Source: an uncultured Candidatus Bathyarchaeia archaeon (GTDB taxonomy: Archaea > Thermoproteota > Bathyarchaeia > Bathyarchaeales > Bathyarchaeaceae). Taken from it: a stretch of 49,227 bases of DNA. A program made the position numbers and the translations under genes. Below are positions 26,825 to 36,517 of the stretch, one piece after another (positions within the stretch are counted from its first letter, which is position 1; each line of letters begins with the position of its first letter). Under the pieces are notes generated by a model, which saw only the letters and a list, made by a program, of their open reading frames with translations, searched no databases and was not told where the DNA came from. Location: contig CAYFXU010000002.1 of the NCBI GenBank assembly GCA_964347145.1, positions 1-49,227 of the forward strand, in the 5' to 3' direction.

Positions 26825-29557
26825 ATGGCCTCCAAATGGCATGCTATGGAAACAGAAGAACTCATGAAAGACCTAAAGATAACTGAGAAAGGCTTGAGTG
26901 CTGAAGAAGCTAAACATCGACTGCAAGAATTCGGGCCAAACGAGCTGGTGGAGAGAAAGAGAGTAACTTCTTTTCAGATATTTGTTGGTCAGTTTAGGGA
27001 CATTTTCGTAATCATGCTTCTGGTCGCAATCGGCTTTTCGGTTCTAATTGGAGAAATCGTTGACGCTTCAACCATAGGTGCAATTGTAGTTCTCAACGCT
27101 GTCGTTGGTTTTGTTCAAGAGTACCGGTCGGAAAAAGCAATGGAAGCCATGAAAAAGTTAACAGCCCCAAGGGCGCGAGTTTTGCGGGATGGAAAAGAGA
27201 CGCTTATACCAGCCAAAGAGGTTGTGCCTGGGGATATCGTCCTCTTGGAGGCTGGAGACCGCATTCCAGCTGATGGCCGCGTCCTCGACGTGGTGGATCT
27301 GAAGACCGATGAGGCGGTTCTCACAGGTGAATCAACGCCTGTGGGAAAAATAACTGGAGTTCTTGACGAGGAAGCGCCTGTGGCTGATAGAAAGAATTCG
27401 GTTTTCATGGCTACTCACATCACATACGGCAGGGGAAGAGCGGTAATAACTTCTACAGGTATGGATACGGAGTTTGGAAAAGTTGCTGAGATGGTTCAAG
27501 CTGTGGAGGAGATGGATACTCCTCTCAAGCGGAAGCTAGCAGATTTCGCCAAAAAATTGGGAATAGTAATTGTAGTCATATGTGTTGTCATATTTGCTCT
27601 CGAACTATATGAGATATTTGTTATTGGAGTAAGTATCGTAGGTGAAGCCGTAGGAGACATTATAGAAGCGTTTGAAATTGCGGTTGCCCTAGCTGTTTCA
27701 GCTGTTCCAGAAGGCTTGCCAGCAGTAGTAACTATATCTCTAGCCTTTGGCGCCCGTGGACTTGCAAGACGGAACGCCCTTATTCGGAGACTTGCTTCAG
27801 CGGAAACATTGGGGGCTACAACCGTCATCTGTTCCGACAAAACTGGCACACTAACAAAGGGTGAAATGACCTTACGCAAAATCTACACCAACAACAAGAT
27901 TATAGATGTAACAGGAGTCGGGTACGAATCCAAGGGCAATTTTCTTCTAAAGGACACTCGTGTGGACCCAAAGGAGGATGCTCACCTCGCTTTGCTCTTA
28001 AGGGCCGGCACCTTATGTTCCAACGCCCACTATGATGGGAAAAGCGTGATTGGAGACACTACAGAAGGGGCATTAATTGTAGCCGCAGCCAAGGCGGGAG
28101 TGACGAAAGAAAACTTGGATAGGAGATATCCTCGTGTGCAAGAGTTGCCTTTTACATCTGAAAGAAAGCGCATGACAACCGTTCACAAGTCACCCGAAGG
28201 AAAGGCATTTGCCTACGCCAAAGGAGCCCCTGAAACCATCTTAGAGCGGTGCGATCGTATCTTCAAAGATGGCAAATCAACCAAACTAAACAGAAAAGAA
28301 AGAAAACACATTTTGGGAACAAATGAGGACATGGCAAGGGAAGCTTTACGTGTCATCGCCGTAGCCTACAAAGAGTTGCCAAGTACCACGTCGGAAAAAT
28401 TTGATGAAGAAGAGCTGGAGAGGGGGTTGATCTTTCTGGGCTTGACAGGAATGATTGACCCGCCAAGAGAGGAAGCAAGGGAAGCCAACAGTCTATGCCA
28501 GCAAGCGGGCATAAAAACCGTCATGATCACCGGAGATCACAAACTCACGGCAGTGGCGATAGCCAAAGAGTTGGGCATGTTGAAAAGCGATGTAGTTCTG
28601 ACAGGCGCCGAACTAGACAATGTAAGTGACGCAGAATTTGAGAAAATAGTGGAAGATGTGGCAGTCTACGCTAGGGTTTCTCCTGAACATAAACTGCGAA
28701 TAGTTAACGCACTGAAAAAGAAAGGACACATTGTTGCCATGACTGGGGACGGAGTAAACGACGCACCAGCCCTCAAGCAGGCGGATATTGGAGTAGCCAT
28801 GGGCATCACTGGCACAGACGTAACAAGAGAAGCCGCAGACATGGTGTTGGCAGACGACAACTTCGCCACAGTAGTTAACGCCGTTGAGGGAGGACGGAGC
28901 ATCTACGATAACATAAGAAAATTCTCCTTCTTCCTAATGCGTTCTAATTTCGACGAATTAGGCATAATAGCTATTTTCGCTCTTATGGGCCTAGAACTTC
29001 CACTTCTTCCGGGCATGATATTATGGTTAAACTTGGTCACCGATGGTGGACCAGCTGTGGCTTTGACTATGGAACCTCCTGAACCAGACGTGATGCAGCG
29101 TCCTCCACGCGACCCAAACGAAGGCGTACTGCACGGAAGGTTTGCTTCAATTATCGCCACTTTTACAGCTCAGTTCCTCTTAACTGGAGGCATATTCTTC
29201 TGGCAGTTCTATCTCACCGGTGCATACCTGCTCCCAGAACCCCTCAGAAAACAACAATTAGCATATGCGAGAACTATGGCTTTCATGCGGGCAACGCTAC
29301 AGGAATTATTTGTAGTATGGAATTGCAGATCCGAAAGAAAAAACGCCTTTAGACTAAGTTTCTCCTCCAACAAATACCTGGTGATTGCTGTGATTGGGTC
29401 CGCCTTGGTGACGGTTTTCATACCTTACATAGGGCTCTTTGAAACAGTTCCCATAGCAAATCTCTTCGACTGGGGAGTCGTTATAGCCGCTTCCCTCTCA
29501 GGCTTGCTGATATTGCCAGAGATTTTTTACGGAAGAAAGATATGGCGCTGGAGGTAA
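26825..29557 (+). CDS. P2-type cation-transporting ATPase (SERCA/PMCA-like, probably Ca2+)
   Basis: 910 aa with TGES (LTGESTPV), PEGLPAV in TM4, the phosphorylation site ICSDKTGTLT, MITGDH and MTGDGVNDAPAL. Confidence 0.93.
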   Translation: MASKWHAMETEELMKDLKITEKGLSAEEAKHRLQEFGPNELVERKRVTSFQIFVGQFRDIFVIMLLVAIGFSVLIGEIVDASTIGAIVVLNAVVGFVQEYRSEKAMEAMKKLTAPRARVLRDGKETLIPAKEVVPGDIVLLEAGDRIPADGRVLDVVDLKTDEAVLTGESTPVGKITGVLDEEAPVADRKNSVFMATHITYGRGRAVITSTGMDTEFGKVAEMVQAVEEMDTPLKRKLADFAKKLGIVIVVICVVIFALELYEIFVIGVSIVGEAVGDIIEAFEIAVALAVSAVPEGLPAVVTISLAFGARGLARRNALIRRLASAETLGATTVICSDKTGTLTKGEMTLRKIYTNNKIIDVTGVGYESKGNFLLKDTRVDPKEDAHLALLLRAGTLCSNAHYDGKSVIGDTTEGALIVAAAKAGVTKENLDRRYPRVQELPFTSERKRMTTVHKSPEGKAFAYAKGAPETILERCDRIFKDGKSTKLNRKERKHILGTNEDMAREALRVIAVAYKELPSTTSEKFDEEELERGLIFLGLTGMIDPPREEAREANSLCQQAGIKTVMITGDHKLTAVAIAKELGMLKSDVVLTGAELDNVSDAEFEKIVEDVAVYARVSPEHKLRIVNALKKKGHIVAMTGDGVNDAPALKQADIGVAMGITGTDVTREAADMVLADDNFATVVNAVEGGRSIYDNIRKFSFFLMRSNFDELGIIAIFALMGLELPLLPGMILWLNLVTDGGPAVALTMEPPEPDVMQRPPRDPNEGVLHGRFASIIATFTAQFLLTGGIFFWQFYLTGAYLLPEPLRKQQLAYARTMAFMRATLQELFVVWNCRSERKNAFRLSFSSNKYLVIAVIGSALVTVFIPYIGLFETVPIANLFDWGVVIAASLSGLLILPEIFYGRKIWRWR

Positions 29558-30113
29558 TCTTCCGAAAACGACTGATGTTGTTCTTCGAAGTTCAAAATAG
29601 TTAACCGAAATCACCCTTCGCAATCCTTAAGCCCATTCCATAGCGTGGATTCATAATGCATAATTAACGTCTAAGGTTTATCGATTACTGACTAAGATTG
29701 AAGAGAGCACAATTGAGCTGGCGGCTACTGTTCCACAGTTTGGGTCTCGGTTGTCTAAGCAGTTCCCTATTCCTCGAGATACTGGTCTTCTGGGATATAT
29801 TCCGCCGAGGATACTTCTTAGCCACAGAGCAAAATCAACTGATATTATCGTTCGAGGTGTTTCTAACGATTTTTGCCTGCATCTATTTTGTTTACATATA
29901 TCAACGGTTCGTTCGTTCCCTGAGGTAATTTGGCGCTGAAATTTTTTATTCTTTTCCTCAGAATAATTGTCAAAATATTATAAAATATGCATAAATGGTG
30001 TGTATTATGAAAGAGTTAACGACCTAACATAGTAGCATATTCCAGAAAAATAATAATTGTTAAATATCCTTCTGTTGAGAAAACGGGAATTGTGAATCTC
30101 AAGAGGTGAAAAA

Positions 30114-30767
30114 ATGAACCGTAAAAGAATCCTGGTATTGTCGTTGATTCTGTCAATGCTTTTGCTGACTTTGACTTACGGTGCTGTAGTAAGAGCTACA
30201 TCTGAAGATAGACGGCTTGTTTATGAAGCAGATTCTTTAGGTCTCAAAGTTAGCATTGTAGCCCCATACGTAGCTGATCCCGGTGAAAACATAACGGTTA
30301 ACATCAACGTGACAGCTGATGCTCCACGTGATGTAGGCATTCACGTAAATATTCATGGATTGAGAAACGAAACGGAGGAAATTTCACCCCCACTTGCGGA
30401 CATATACATAGACACAGTACCATATCAAGTTGACCATGTAATAACGATACCTAATGATACATGCCCCGGCTTGCTCTATGGTATCATAGAGTGGGGAGAA
30501 TGGAGCGCGCACGGCGGGGGAATTCAAGTGACGATTGAAAATCCACCTCCTGCCGGCTTCGTTGTAACCTACGTGAAGAACGTGGAACACGAGAAACTTC
30601 AAGCTGCCTATGACTCTCTGCTTGCCAACTACACAAAATTGGAAAACTACGAAAGCGAATTGGGTTCTACCAGAAATGTGATGTACATTCTTGTCGCGAC
30701 AACCGCAGTCTCGGCAGCTACAGTAGTTATCCTTTTACTAAGAAGGCCCAAAAGGCCTTGGACATAG
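30114..30767 (+). CDS. Hypothetical exported protein with a C-terminal membrane anchor
   Basis: 217 aa with an N-terminal signal-like helix, a C-terminal TM helix and a basic tail (ILVATTAVSAATVVILLLRRPKRPWT). AGAGGTGAAAAA lies upstream of the ATG. Confidence 0.5.
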   Translation: MNRKRILVLSLILSMLLLTLTYGAVVRATSEDRRLVYEADSLGLKVSIVAPYVADPGENITVNINVTADAPRDVGIHVNIHGLRNETEEISPPLADIYIDTVPYQVDHVITIPNDTCPGLLYGIIEWGEWSAHGGGIQVTIENPPPAGFVVTYVKNVEHEKLQAAYDSLLANYTKLENYESELGSTRNVMYILVATTAVSAATVVILLLRRPKRPWT

Positions 30768-31796
30768 AATTCCAATCTGCCTCTCTATTTCAGCTATTTC
30801 CTCGGGTAGAGGCTGTCTAGGATAATTGTAGAGGGGGCCACCGGGTCTCTCATTGTAGTAGGGTCGGTTGCAACCAGGACAGCCGGAAGTGACGAAAGGC
30901 TCGCCGGTTTTGATAACTTCTCGTAGCTGCTCTTCAGAGACACCGAAATCAATGAGACAACCGTAATCATCGAAAGCCATGTTTTCACACCGCGTTTTTC
31001 CATGGGTTATAAGGTAATGGGCGATCTGAATCTTCCGATAATGGCCTAAAGACGGTTGGGGGCTTTTTTCTAAAAGCGTTCCTTGTATGGGTGTAAAGGC
31101 GAACAACCCTGGATAAACTCCAAAATCAAAGCACCATTGAATCATGTGAACCATTTCCTTCTCTGTTTCGCCGAGTCCTACGATGAGATGAGTGGTTATG
31201 GAACCTTCCCCAAAAATTCTCCCCGCATGTCTCAAACCGTCGCGTAGCTTCTCCCAAACGTATGGTCCACCGACAAGTCTCCCCTTAATCTGGTCAAATA
31301 TCTCCTCGGTAGCAGCGTCTAGGGCCATGCTTATTCGGTCAACTCCAGCTTCTGCCAACATTTTCATTTTGTCCAAGTTCAAAGGTTGACAAGAGACGGA
31401 TATCGGCACTTTTACTCGTGACTTTATTTCTTCTACCAAACTCAAAATGTCGTCGAAAACCGTGGGATAATTCAACGCTTGGATGCAAACTCGCTTTATC
31501 TCATCAGTTTTTACAATTCTCTCCATTCCGGAAAGCACTTGCTTGGTTGGAAAGCAAGGCCAAGTAACCCTAGAAAGCATGTTCGCCCTACCTTTACTAG
31601 TCCTAGCTTGAGGGCAGAAGCCGCAGTTGGCAAAACATTTTCCATCTCGATACGTAAGCAGGTAGATAGTTGTGGGTTTGGCGTCCAGCCTACCCCTCAA
31701 CAACCCGAGTACGATAGCTGAGCCTGTTGAAACTCGAATTCTCTCGGGTAATTGCCTGACGTAACATTCATATTCTTCTACCACAACATCCACCAA
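30738..31796 (-). CDS. Radical SAM protein, candidate archaeal-type lipoyl synthase component (LipS1/LipS2-like)
   Basis: 352 aa. Carries the CX3CX2C motif CFANCGFC and additional Cys pairs, including a C-terminal SGCPGC. The LipS assignment is an inference from proximity to lplA, gcvH and a second radical SAM gene. Confidence 0.6.
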   Translation of the reverse strand: MVDVVVEEYECYVRQLPERIRVSTGSAIVLGLLRGRLDAKPTTIYLLTYRDGKCFANCGFCPQARTSKGRANMLSRVTWPCFPTKQVLSGMERIVKTDEIKRVCIQALNYPTVFDDILSLVEEIKSRVKVPISVSCQPLNLDKMKMLAEAGVDRISMALDAATEEIFDQIKGRLVGGPYVWEKLRDGLRHAGRIFGEGSITTHLIVGLGETEKEMVHMIQWCFDFGVYPGLFAFTPIQGTLLEKSPQPSLGHYRKIQIAHYLITHGKTRCENMAFDDYGCLIDFGVSEEQLREVIKTGEPFVTSGCPGCNRPYYNERPGGPLYNYPRQPLPEEIAEIERQIGILCPRPFGPS

Positions 31797-31911
31797 ATCC
31801 GAAAATACTTTCTCTATTCTCTGGTTGTGGACTTAATTTATTAGTCTACTGTTAGGATTGTGCCTCGGGCGTGCAGATCATGCAACTTTCAGGAGTAGCC
31901 CGTGCATGTCT

Positions 31912-32640
31912 TCACACAGCAAGAAAATACGCTATTGCAAAGGATATTGAGTTGTTTACTCCATGCATCAAAGCCGAAGCGGTTGTATTTCCGCCTGTCC
32001 GTTGCCAAACGTAGCCGAGAATCAAACCAGCAGCAAAGGCTGGAGCAATTGCATGCAATGTATTGAGACCGTGAAAAAGCCCCCATAAAACAGAAGCAAT
32101 CAACAGCCCCTCCATCTTCCCAAAAGAGTTCTCAAAACCTTTCTGAATAAAACTTCTAAAAGCCAACTCTTCGCATGGTGCAACCAGAACCAAGGACAGT
32201 ACAATCATGGCAATCAGCTGAAAAGAGTCTCTGGGCATCACTGACTCCGCAAAGAGTTCTCCAAAAGGATCAGGACCAAAAACAATTTCTTCACCAACAG
32301 AAATACCCAAGCCTGTCAAAAAAAGAAGCACCCCACCAAGGGAAACAATTCCCAAGATTTTAAGACTCGTCTTTTTTAAACCCAGTTCCTTCAAACTCGC
32401 GCCTTTATGACTGGCGAACAAAAGTGTGACTCCTAGAATAATTGCTTCATTGACAGGCGTTAATATGAATGCGAACGGAAAAGGCAAATCTAGGTAGTCT
32501 ATTCTCATGCTAAACAATACGAACGCCACCACGACAGAAGCGATCAAAAGTCCAATGACCAAGACAAAATAACAACCCAATGCAAGCATTGCCCTCCACT
32601 CAGACTGATTTTCCATCCCCTTTCCCGCCATGAATTTCAA
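31912..32640 (-). CDS. CPBP-family (CAAX/Abi) intramembrane glutamic protease
   Basis: 242 aa, polytopic. Motifs are EELAFR (EExxxR), LFHGL (FxxxH) and MHGVNN (HxxxN). Confidence 0.8.
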   Translation of the reverse strand: MKFMAGKGMENQSEWRAMLALGCYFVLVIGLLIASVVVAFVLFSMRIDYLDLPFPFAFILTPVNEAIILGVTLLFASHKGASLKELGLKKTSLKILGIVSLGGVLLFLTGLGISVGEEIVFGPDPFGELFAESVMPRDSFQLIAMIVLSLVLVAPCEELAFRSFIQKGFENSFGKMEGLLIASVLWGLFHGLNTLHAIAPAFAAGLILGYVWQRTGGNTTASALMHGVNNSISFAIAYFLAV

Positions 32641-32751
32641 GAAAACTAGTGCCCAAGCCTATTTTATGTATCTTGCCATGATTTTTCCGCATCTTGTACA
32701 GTGACCGTGAGTTAAAGAAAACTCAGCTTCCCAACTGAAACAACAGCATCC

Positions 32752-32763
32752 TTGCGCGCGCAA
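32752..32763. repeat. Perfect 12-bp palindrome TTGCGCGCGCAA about 70 nt upstream of the radical SAM gene at 32833
   Basis: Read directly from the sequence. It shares the GCGCGCGC core with 22008..22025 and lies in the divergent intergenic region between 32640 and 32833. Confidence 0.9.
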
Positions 32764-32832
32764 CAATTTCTGAATCCATAGTTAAATAACACGAATCTAA
32801 TACTTATTCCCTAATTACAGCCAAAAACGAAG

Positions 32833-33861
32833 ATGCCAAAGGTCGGGAAGCTTTTGAGTGAAACAGATAACTATGGAAATCTGATACGAGGGGACGATAG
32901 AGAGCTTGAAAGAGCGTCAAACATGGCTCAGAGGATCAGTTGGGAAAATTTCGGGAAGAAAATGCGATTCTATGCCCCAAGTTTCATCTACTATAAAACC
33001 AACTACTTTCACTCATCTCCAGTAACTTTCCCATCCATTTCAATCACAGGCTCCTCTTGCACTCTAAGATGCAAACACTGCGACGGGAAAGTCCTTAACA
33101 CCATGCTTCCCGCTCTGACCCCAAAGGATCTCTTCAACCTCTGTGCAAAACTCAAAAATAAAGGAGCTATTGGCTGCCTCATAAGCGGAGGATGCTTGCC
33201 AAACGGTTCTGTCCCCCTTGATGGATTCGTAGATGCAATTGCCAAGGTTAAGACCGAGCTTGGTCTGACAATAGCAGTCCACACAGGAATCATCGATTTT
33301 TCTACCGCAAGAAGGTTGAAGGAAGCTGGAGTTGACGCTGCCTTGACTGACATAATTGGTTCCGACGAAACGATACAGGAAGTCTACCAACTAAAAGTCA
33401 GAGTTGAGGACTTCGACAGGTCTTTGGAAGCTCTGCACGAATCTGAAATTCCATTGGTGCCTCATGTGCTCGTGGGGCTTCACTACGGTAGGCTCAAGGG
33501 GGAGCTCCAAGCCCTAAAAATGATTTCAAAATACTCGCCCTCGGCTGTCATAATAATAGCCTTCATGCCTGTACCAGGCACGCCTATGGAAGAAGTGAAA
33601 CCGCCTGAACCGCAAGACATCGCGAAGGTTATAGTAACAGCAAGACTCATGATGCCTCAAACTCCAATTGTCTTGGGGTGCATGAGACCAAAGGGTAGAC
33701 ATCGGACGAGAACTGACACGTTGGCTGTGAAAGCTGGAGTCAACGCCATAGCCTTTCCAGCCGTAGAAGCCATTCGGTTGGCTGAATCCTTGGGTTTGAA
33801 GATCACGTTTTCATCCTTGTGTTGTTCGCAAATCTTCGAAGACATCAAATCTCGTATTTAG
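32833..33861 (+). CDS. Radical SAM protein, candidate second lipoyl synthase component (LipS1/LipS2-like)
   Basis: 342 aa. Carries the CX3CX2C motif CTLRCKHC, plus GCLISGGC and a C-terminal SSLCCS. The functional assignment is by context only. Confidence 0.55.
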   Translation: MPKVGKLLSETDNYGNLIRGDDRELERASNMAQRISWENFGKKMRFYAPSFIYYKTNYFHSSPVTFPSISITGSSCTLRCKHCDGKVLNTMLPALTPKDLFNLCAKLKNKGAIGCLISGGCLPNGSVPLDGFVDAIAKVKTELGLTIAVHTGIIDFSTARRLKEAGVDAALTDIIGSDETIQEVYQLKVRVEDFDRSLEALHESEIPLVPHVLVGLHYGRLKGELQALKMISKYSPSAVIIIAFMPVPGTPMEEVKPPEPQDIAKVIVTARLMMPQTPIVLGCMRPKGRHRTRTDTLAVKAGVNAIAFPAVEAIRLAESLGLKITFSSLCCSQIFEDIKSRI

Positions 33862-34789
33862 AAGCTTTTAAGAATTCACATATGTACTTGTTAACGAGCT
33901 CCGGTTCTTCAAGTTGAACCCAGTGGCCACAATTTGGGAGATATCGTATAGAAAATGAAGCTTCAACAAATTCATCTGTATCAGCTATCAGATCCTTTGA
34001 AAGAGCAGCGTCTTTTTCTCCCCAAATCACCAACGTAGGGGACCTGATTTTTGGAAAAGTTATAGTTCTCTCAGAAAATAATATGGCGGGATTCATGTTG
34101 GCCCGATAATAATTTATCGCCGATGTCAAAGCTCCCGGTTTAGACCACACCTTTGCATAAATCTTCAGATCTTCGTCTGTGAGGACGTCCCTTTTAACAA
34201 AAGAACTTCGAAGCATACTTTTCAGAAAAGAGTAGTTGTTTCGACTCAAAACCTCTTCTGGAATGTCCGCTGTTTGAAAGAAGAAAACGTACCAACTTTT
34301 CTGCAGTTGCCTCAGTGAACTTTTGATCTTAATCGCATAGGCGCTGGAATGGGGCGCATTCAAGATCACCAATTTTTCCGTAGCTTCTGGATTAAAGGCT
34401 GCAAGAGACCAAGCTACAACTCCACCCCAATCATGCCCAACTATTATTGCTCGTTCTTCACCTAAGGCATGAATAAGACCAAGAATATCTCCTGCAAGAA
34501 GATGTAGCCGGTATTTGTCAATACCCTCCGGCTTGTCAGTTTCATTGTAACCTCTCAAGTCTGGAGCCACAACACGAAAATGCTTAGCTAACTCGGGAAT
34601 CTGAAATCTCCACAAGTACCAAAAATCAGGAAAGCCGTGAAGAAGGAGCAACAGTTTTCCCTCTCCCTGGCTCACATAGTGCATTCGAATTTCATCAGCT
34701 TTAGCAAAACCATGCTTCCATGTTTCTTTCATCCACATAACCTCAGAATATGGTATGTGGTCATTTGTATTTTGAAGTTTTTCCTTCAA
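33845..34789 (-). CDS. Alpha/beta hydrolase, epoxide hydrolase/haloalkane dehalogenase-like
   Basis: 314 aa with LLLLHGFPDFWYLWRFQ, the Asp nucleophile elbow VGHDWGG and a C-terminal NCGHWVQLEEP. Confidence 0.85.
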   Translation of the reverse strand: MKEKLQNTNDHIPYSEVMWMKETWKHGFAKADEIRMHYVSQGEGKLLLLLHGFPDFWYLWRFQIPELAKHFRVVAPDLRGYNETDKPEGIDKYRLHLLAGDILGLIHALGEERAIIVGHDWGGVVAWSLAAFNPEATEKLVILNAPHSSAYAIKIKSSLRQLQKSWYVFFFQTADIPEEVLSRNNYSFLKSMLRSSFVKRDVLTDEDLKIYAKVWSKPGALTSAINYYRANMNPAILFSERTITFPKIRSPTLVIWGEKDAALSKDLIADTDEFVEASFSIRYLPNCGHWVQLEEPELVNKYICEFLKASKYEI

Positions 34790-34860
34790 CCTTAAGACGG
34801 AACGTAGAGGAACCTGTTACGTTTTTGTTTCTCTGTGGCAGGCATAGTTAAGTTTTTAAG

Positions 34861-35322
34861 ATGAACAAGAACAAAATATCCTACTCGACCAATGAGGTGA
34901 AAGGTTTGGTTAAAGTAGATGACTATGAAGTGCCTGAAGGATTATACTACCACAAGGAATACCTGTGGGTACGCGTGGAAAAAGGAAAAGCAAAGATTGG
35001 CATGAGCGACTTCGCCCAAAAACAGCTTCGAGAAATCGTTTACGTCGAGCTTCCTAGCGTAGGCGACACTATCACCCAAAATGATCCCTTCGGAACGGTG
35101 GAATCCGTGAAAGCAGTCTCAGACCTAGTTGCTCCCATAAGCGGCACGATAGAAGACGTAAATCAAGAATTAGAGTCTAAACCAGAACTACTCAACGAAG
35201 ACCCGTACGACAAGGGATGGCTCCTAATGGTGAGCCCAACAAATCTTGACGTGGAATTAAAAGAAATTATGGACTTCAACGCGGCGGTGGAGTGGCACAA
35301 AGAACTCATAAAAGGAAGCTAA
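34861..35322 (+). CDS. gcvH: Glycine-cleavage H-protein family lipoyl carrier
   Basis: 153 aa. Carries the lipoyl-lysine motif TVESVKAVSDLVAPISGTI, plus YHKEYLWV and EDPYDKGWL. It has a ~20-aa N-terminal extension. It reads AQKQLREIVYVELP where the canonical sequence is AQ..LGD.VFV.LP. Confidence 0.88.
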   Translation: MNKNKISYSTNEVKGLVKVDDYEVPEGLYYHKEYLWVRVEKGKAKIGMSDFAQKQLREIVYVELPSVGDTITQNDPFGTVESVKAVSDLVAPISGTIEDVNQELESKPELLNEDPYDKGWLLMVSPTNLDVELKEIMDFNAAVEWHKELIKGS

Positions 35323-35465
35323 TCGAGCCTGGATGAGTGTCGGTAGGTTTCCCATGGTGACGTGTGAAGAGCTTTTAGCATGGATTGGCTTGATTCTGTT
35401 TCACCGCGGATTCGACGCCTAAAAGGAAATATCATAAGAAACCACTAGGTTGGGGGTCGTCTAGC

Positions 35466-35654
35466 ATGGGAAAGGTCGAAGACCAAATCATTTCAGTGCT
35501 GGAAAACTCAAAAAAGCCTCTTGGTCTCGTTGAAATCGCCGATCAAATCGGGAAACCAACGAAAACAGTTTTCAAATCCTTGCGAAAGCTTTTTCAAAAA
35601 GGAAAAGTCGACTTCGACGCCAAGAGTCGTCAATATATGCTTGCCAAAGAATAG
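35466..35654 (+). CDS. Small winged-helix (wHTH) DNA-binding-like protein
   Basis: 62 aa. VLENSKKPLGLVEIADQIGKPTKTVFKSLRKLFQKGKV has a helix-turn-helix plus wing pattern like MarR/ArsR-type recognition modules. Confidence 0.45.
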   Translation: MGKVEDQIISVLENSKKPLGLVEIADQIGKPTKTVFKSLRKLFQKGKVDFDAKSRQYMLAKE

Positions 35655-35674
35655 ATAATGCAATGATCACAGGC

Positions 35675-36514
35675 TTAGTATTCTTTTGGCATCATCTCAA
35701 ATTCTTTGTAAGAGAAGACCGGACCGTCTTTGCACACGAACTTGTTTCCTATGTTGCATCTTCCGCACTTTCCGATGCCACACTTCATCCTCATCTCGAG
35801 GGATAGGAAGACATCCTCGGGAGAGAATCCGAGCTCGTTAATGACCGGCATTGTGAACTTTATCATTATAGGCGGGCCGCATACAATGGCGATAGCGTTG
35901 TCTGAGCTTGGGGCAACCTCCTTGAGAACGGTGGGGACAAAGCCAACCAATCCGGTCCATCCAGGGACAGCGCGGTCTATAGTCACATTGAGGTTGATGT
36001 CATCTCTGTTCCCCCAAGCCTCAAGGTCGTATTTGTAGATGAGTTCGCCTGGGTTGCGGGCTCCGTATATGACTGTTAAATCTTTGAACCTATCTCTGTT
36101 GGCTTCATGAAGAATGAATTTGGTCAGAGACCTCAGTGTTGTGAAGGCGAAGCCTCCTCCGACAATCACAACATTGCGACCTTCCATTTCCTCTAGTGGA
36201 AATCCGTTGCCGTATGGTCCTCTGACTCCGATAACCGTTCCTTCTTCGCTGTTGTGTAAAGCGGTGGTGACGACTCCGACTTTTTTCACTGTGAATTGAA
36301 TGCAGTCTTCGTCCATAGGAGATGAGGCTATTCCTATGGGGCACTCCCCAGTTCCGAATACAGAGATTTCTGCGAATTGACCGCATCTGTATCTGAAGCC
36401 CTTGATTGCCTCCGGGTCTTTGAAAACGAGCTCAAAGGTCTTTATGTCGTTCGCCTCGTTTTCTGTTGTGACCTTTCTGACGACCACAAGACTTGGGATG
36501 TAAGGATTGCTCAT
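35675..36514 (-). CDS. FAD/NAD(P)-binding [2Fe-2S] oxidoreductase subunit (FlxA / sulfhydrogenase gamma HydG / AsrB / PyrK family)
   Basis: 279 aa with FAD-binding RYRCGQFAEISV, an NAD(P) Rossmann VVIVGGGFAFTTLRS and the C-terminal cluster motif CGIGKCGRCNIGNKFVCKDGPVF. Confidence 0.8.
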   Translation of the reverse strand: MSNPYIPSLVVVRKVTTENEANDIKTFELVFKDPEAIKGFRYRCGQFAEISVFGTGECPIGIASSPMDEDCIQFTVKKVGVVTTALHNSEEGTVIGVRGPYGNGFPLEEMEGRNVVIVGGGFAFTTLRSLTKFILHEANRDRFKDLTVIYGARNPGELIYKYDLEAWGNRDDINLNVTIDRAVPGWTGLVGFVPTVLKEVAPSSDNAIAIVCGPPIMIKFTMPVINELGFSPEDVFLSLEMRMKCGIGKCGRCNIGNKFVCKDGPVFSYKEFEMMPKEY

Positions 36515-36517
36515 TCT

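Noticed and set aside
30738-30767. 30-nt convergent overlap between the exported-protein gene and the radical SAM gene, and a 17-nt overlap at 33845..33861
   Set aside because: Short 3'-3' overlaps are common in compact archaeal genomes. The overlapping codons are unconserved C-terminal tails, so no regulatory meaning can be argued from sequence alone.
34861-35322. Taking gcvH as evidence for a glycine cleavage system
   Set aside because: No gcvT, gcvPA/PB or lpd gene is in the window. The H-protein fold alone does not establish the pathway. Both local paralogs also share the non-canonical LREI segment.
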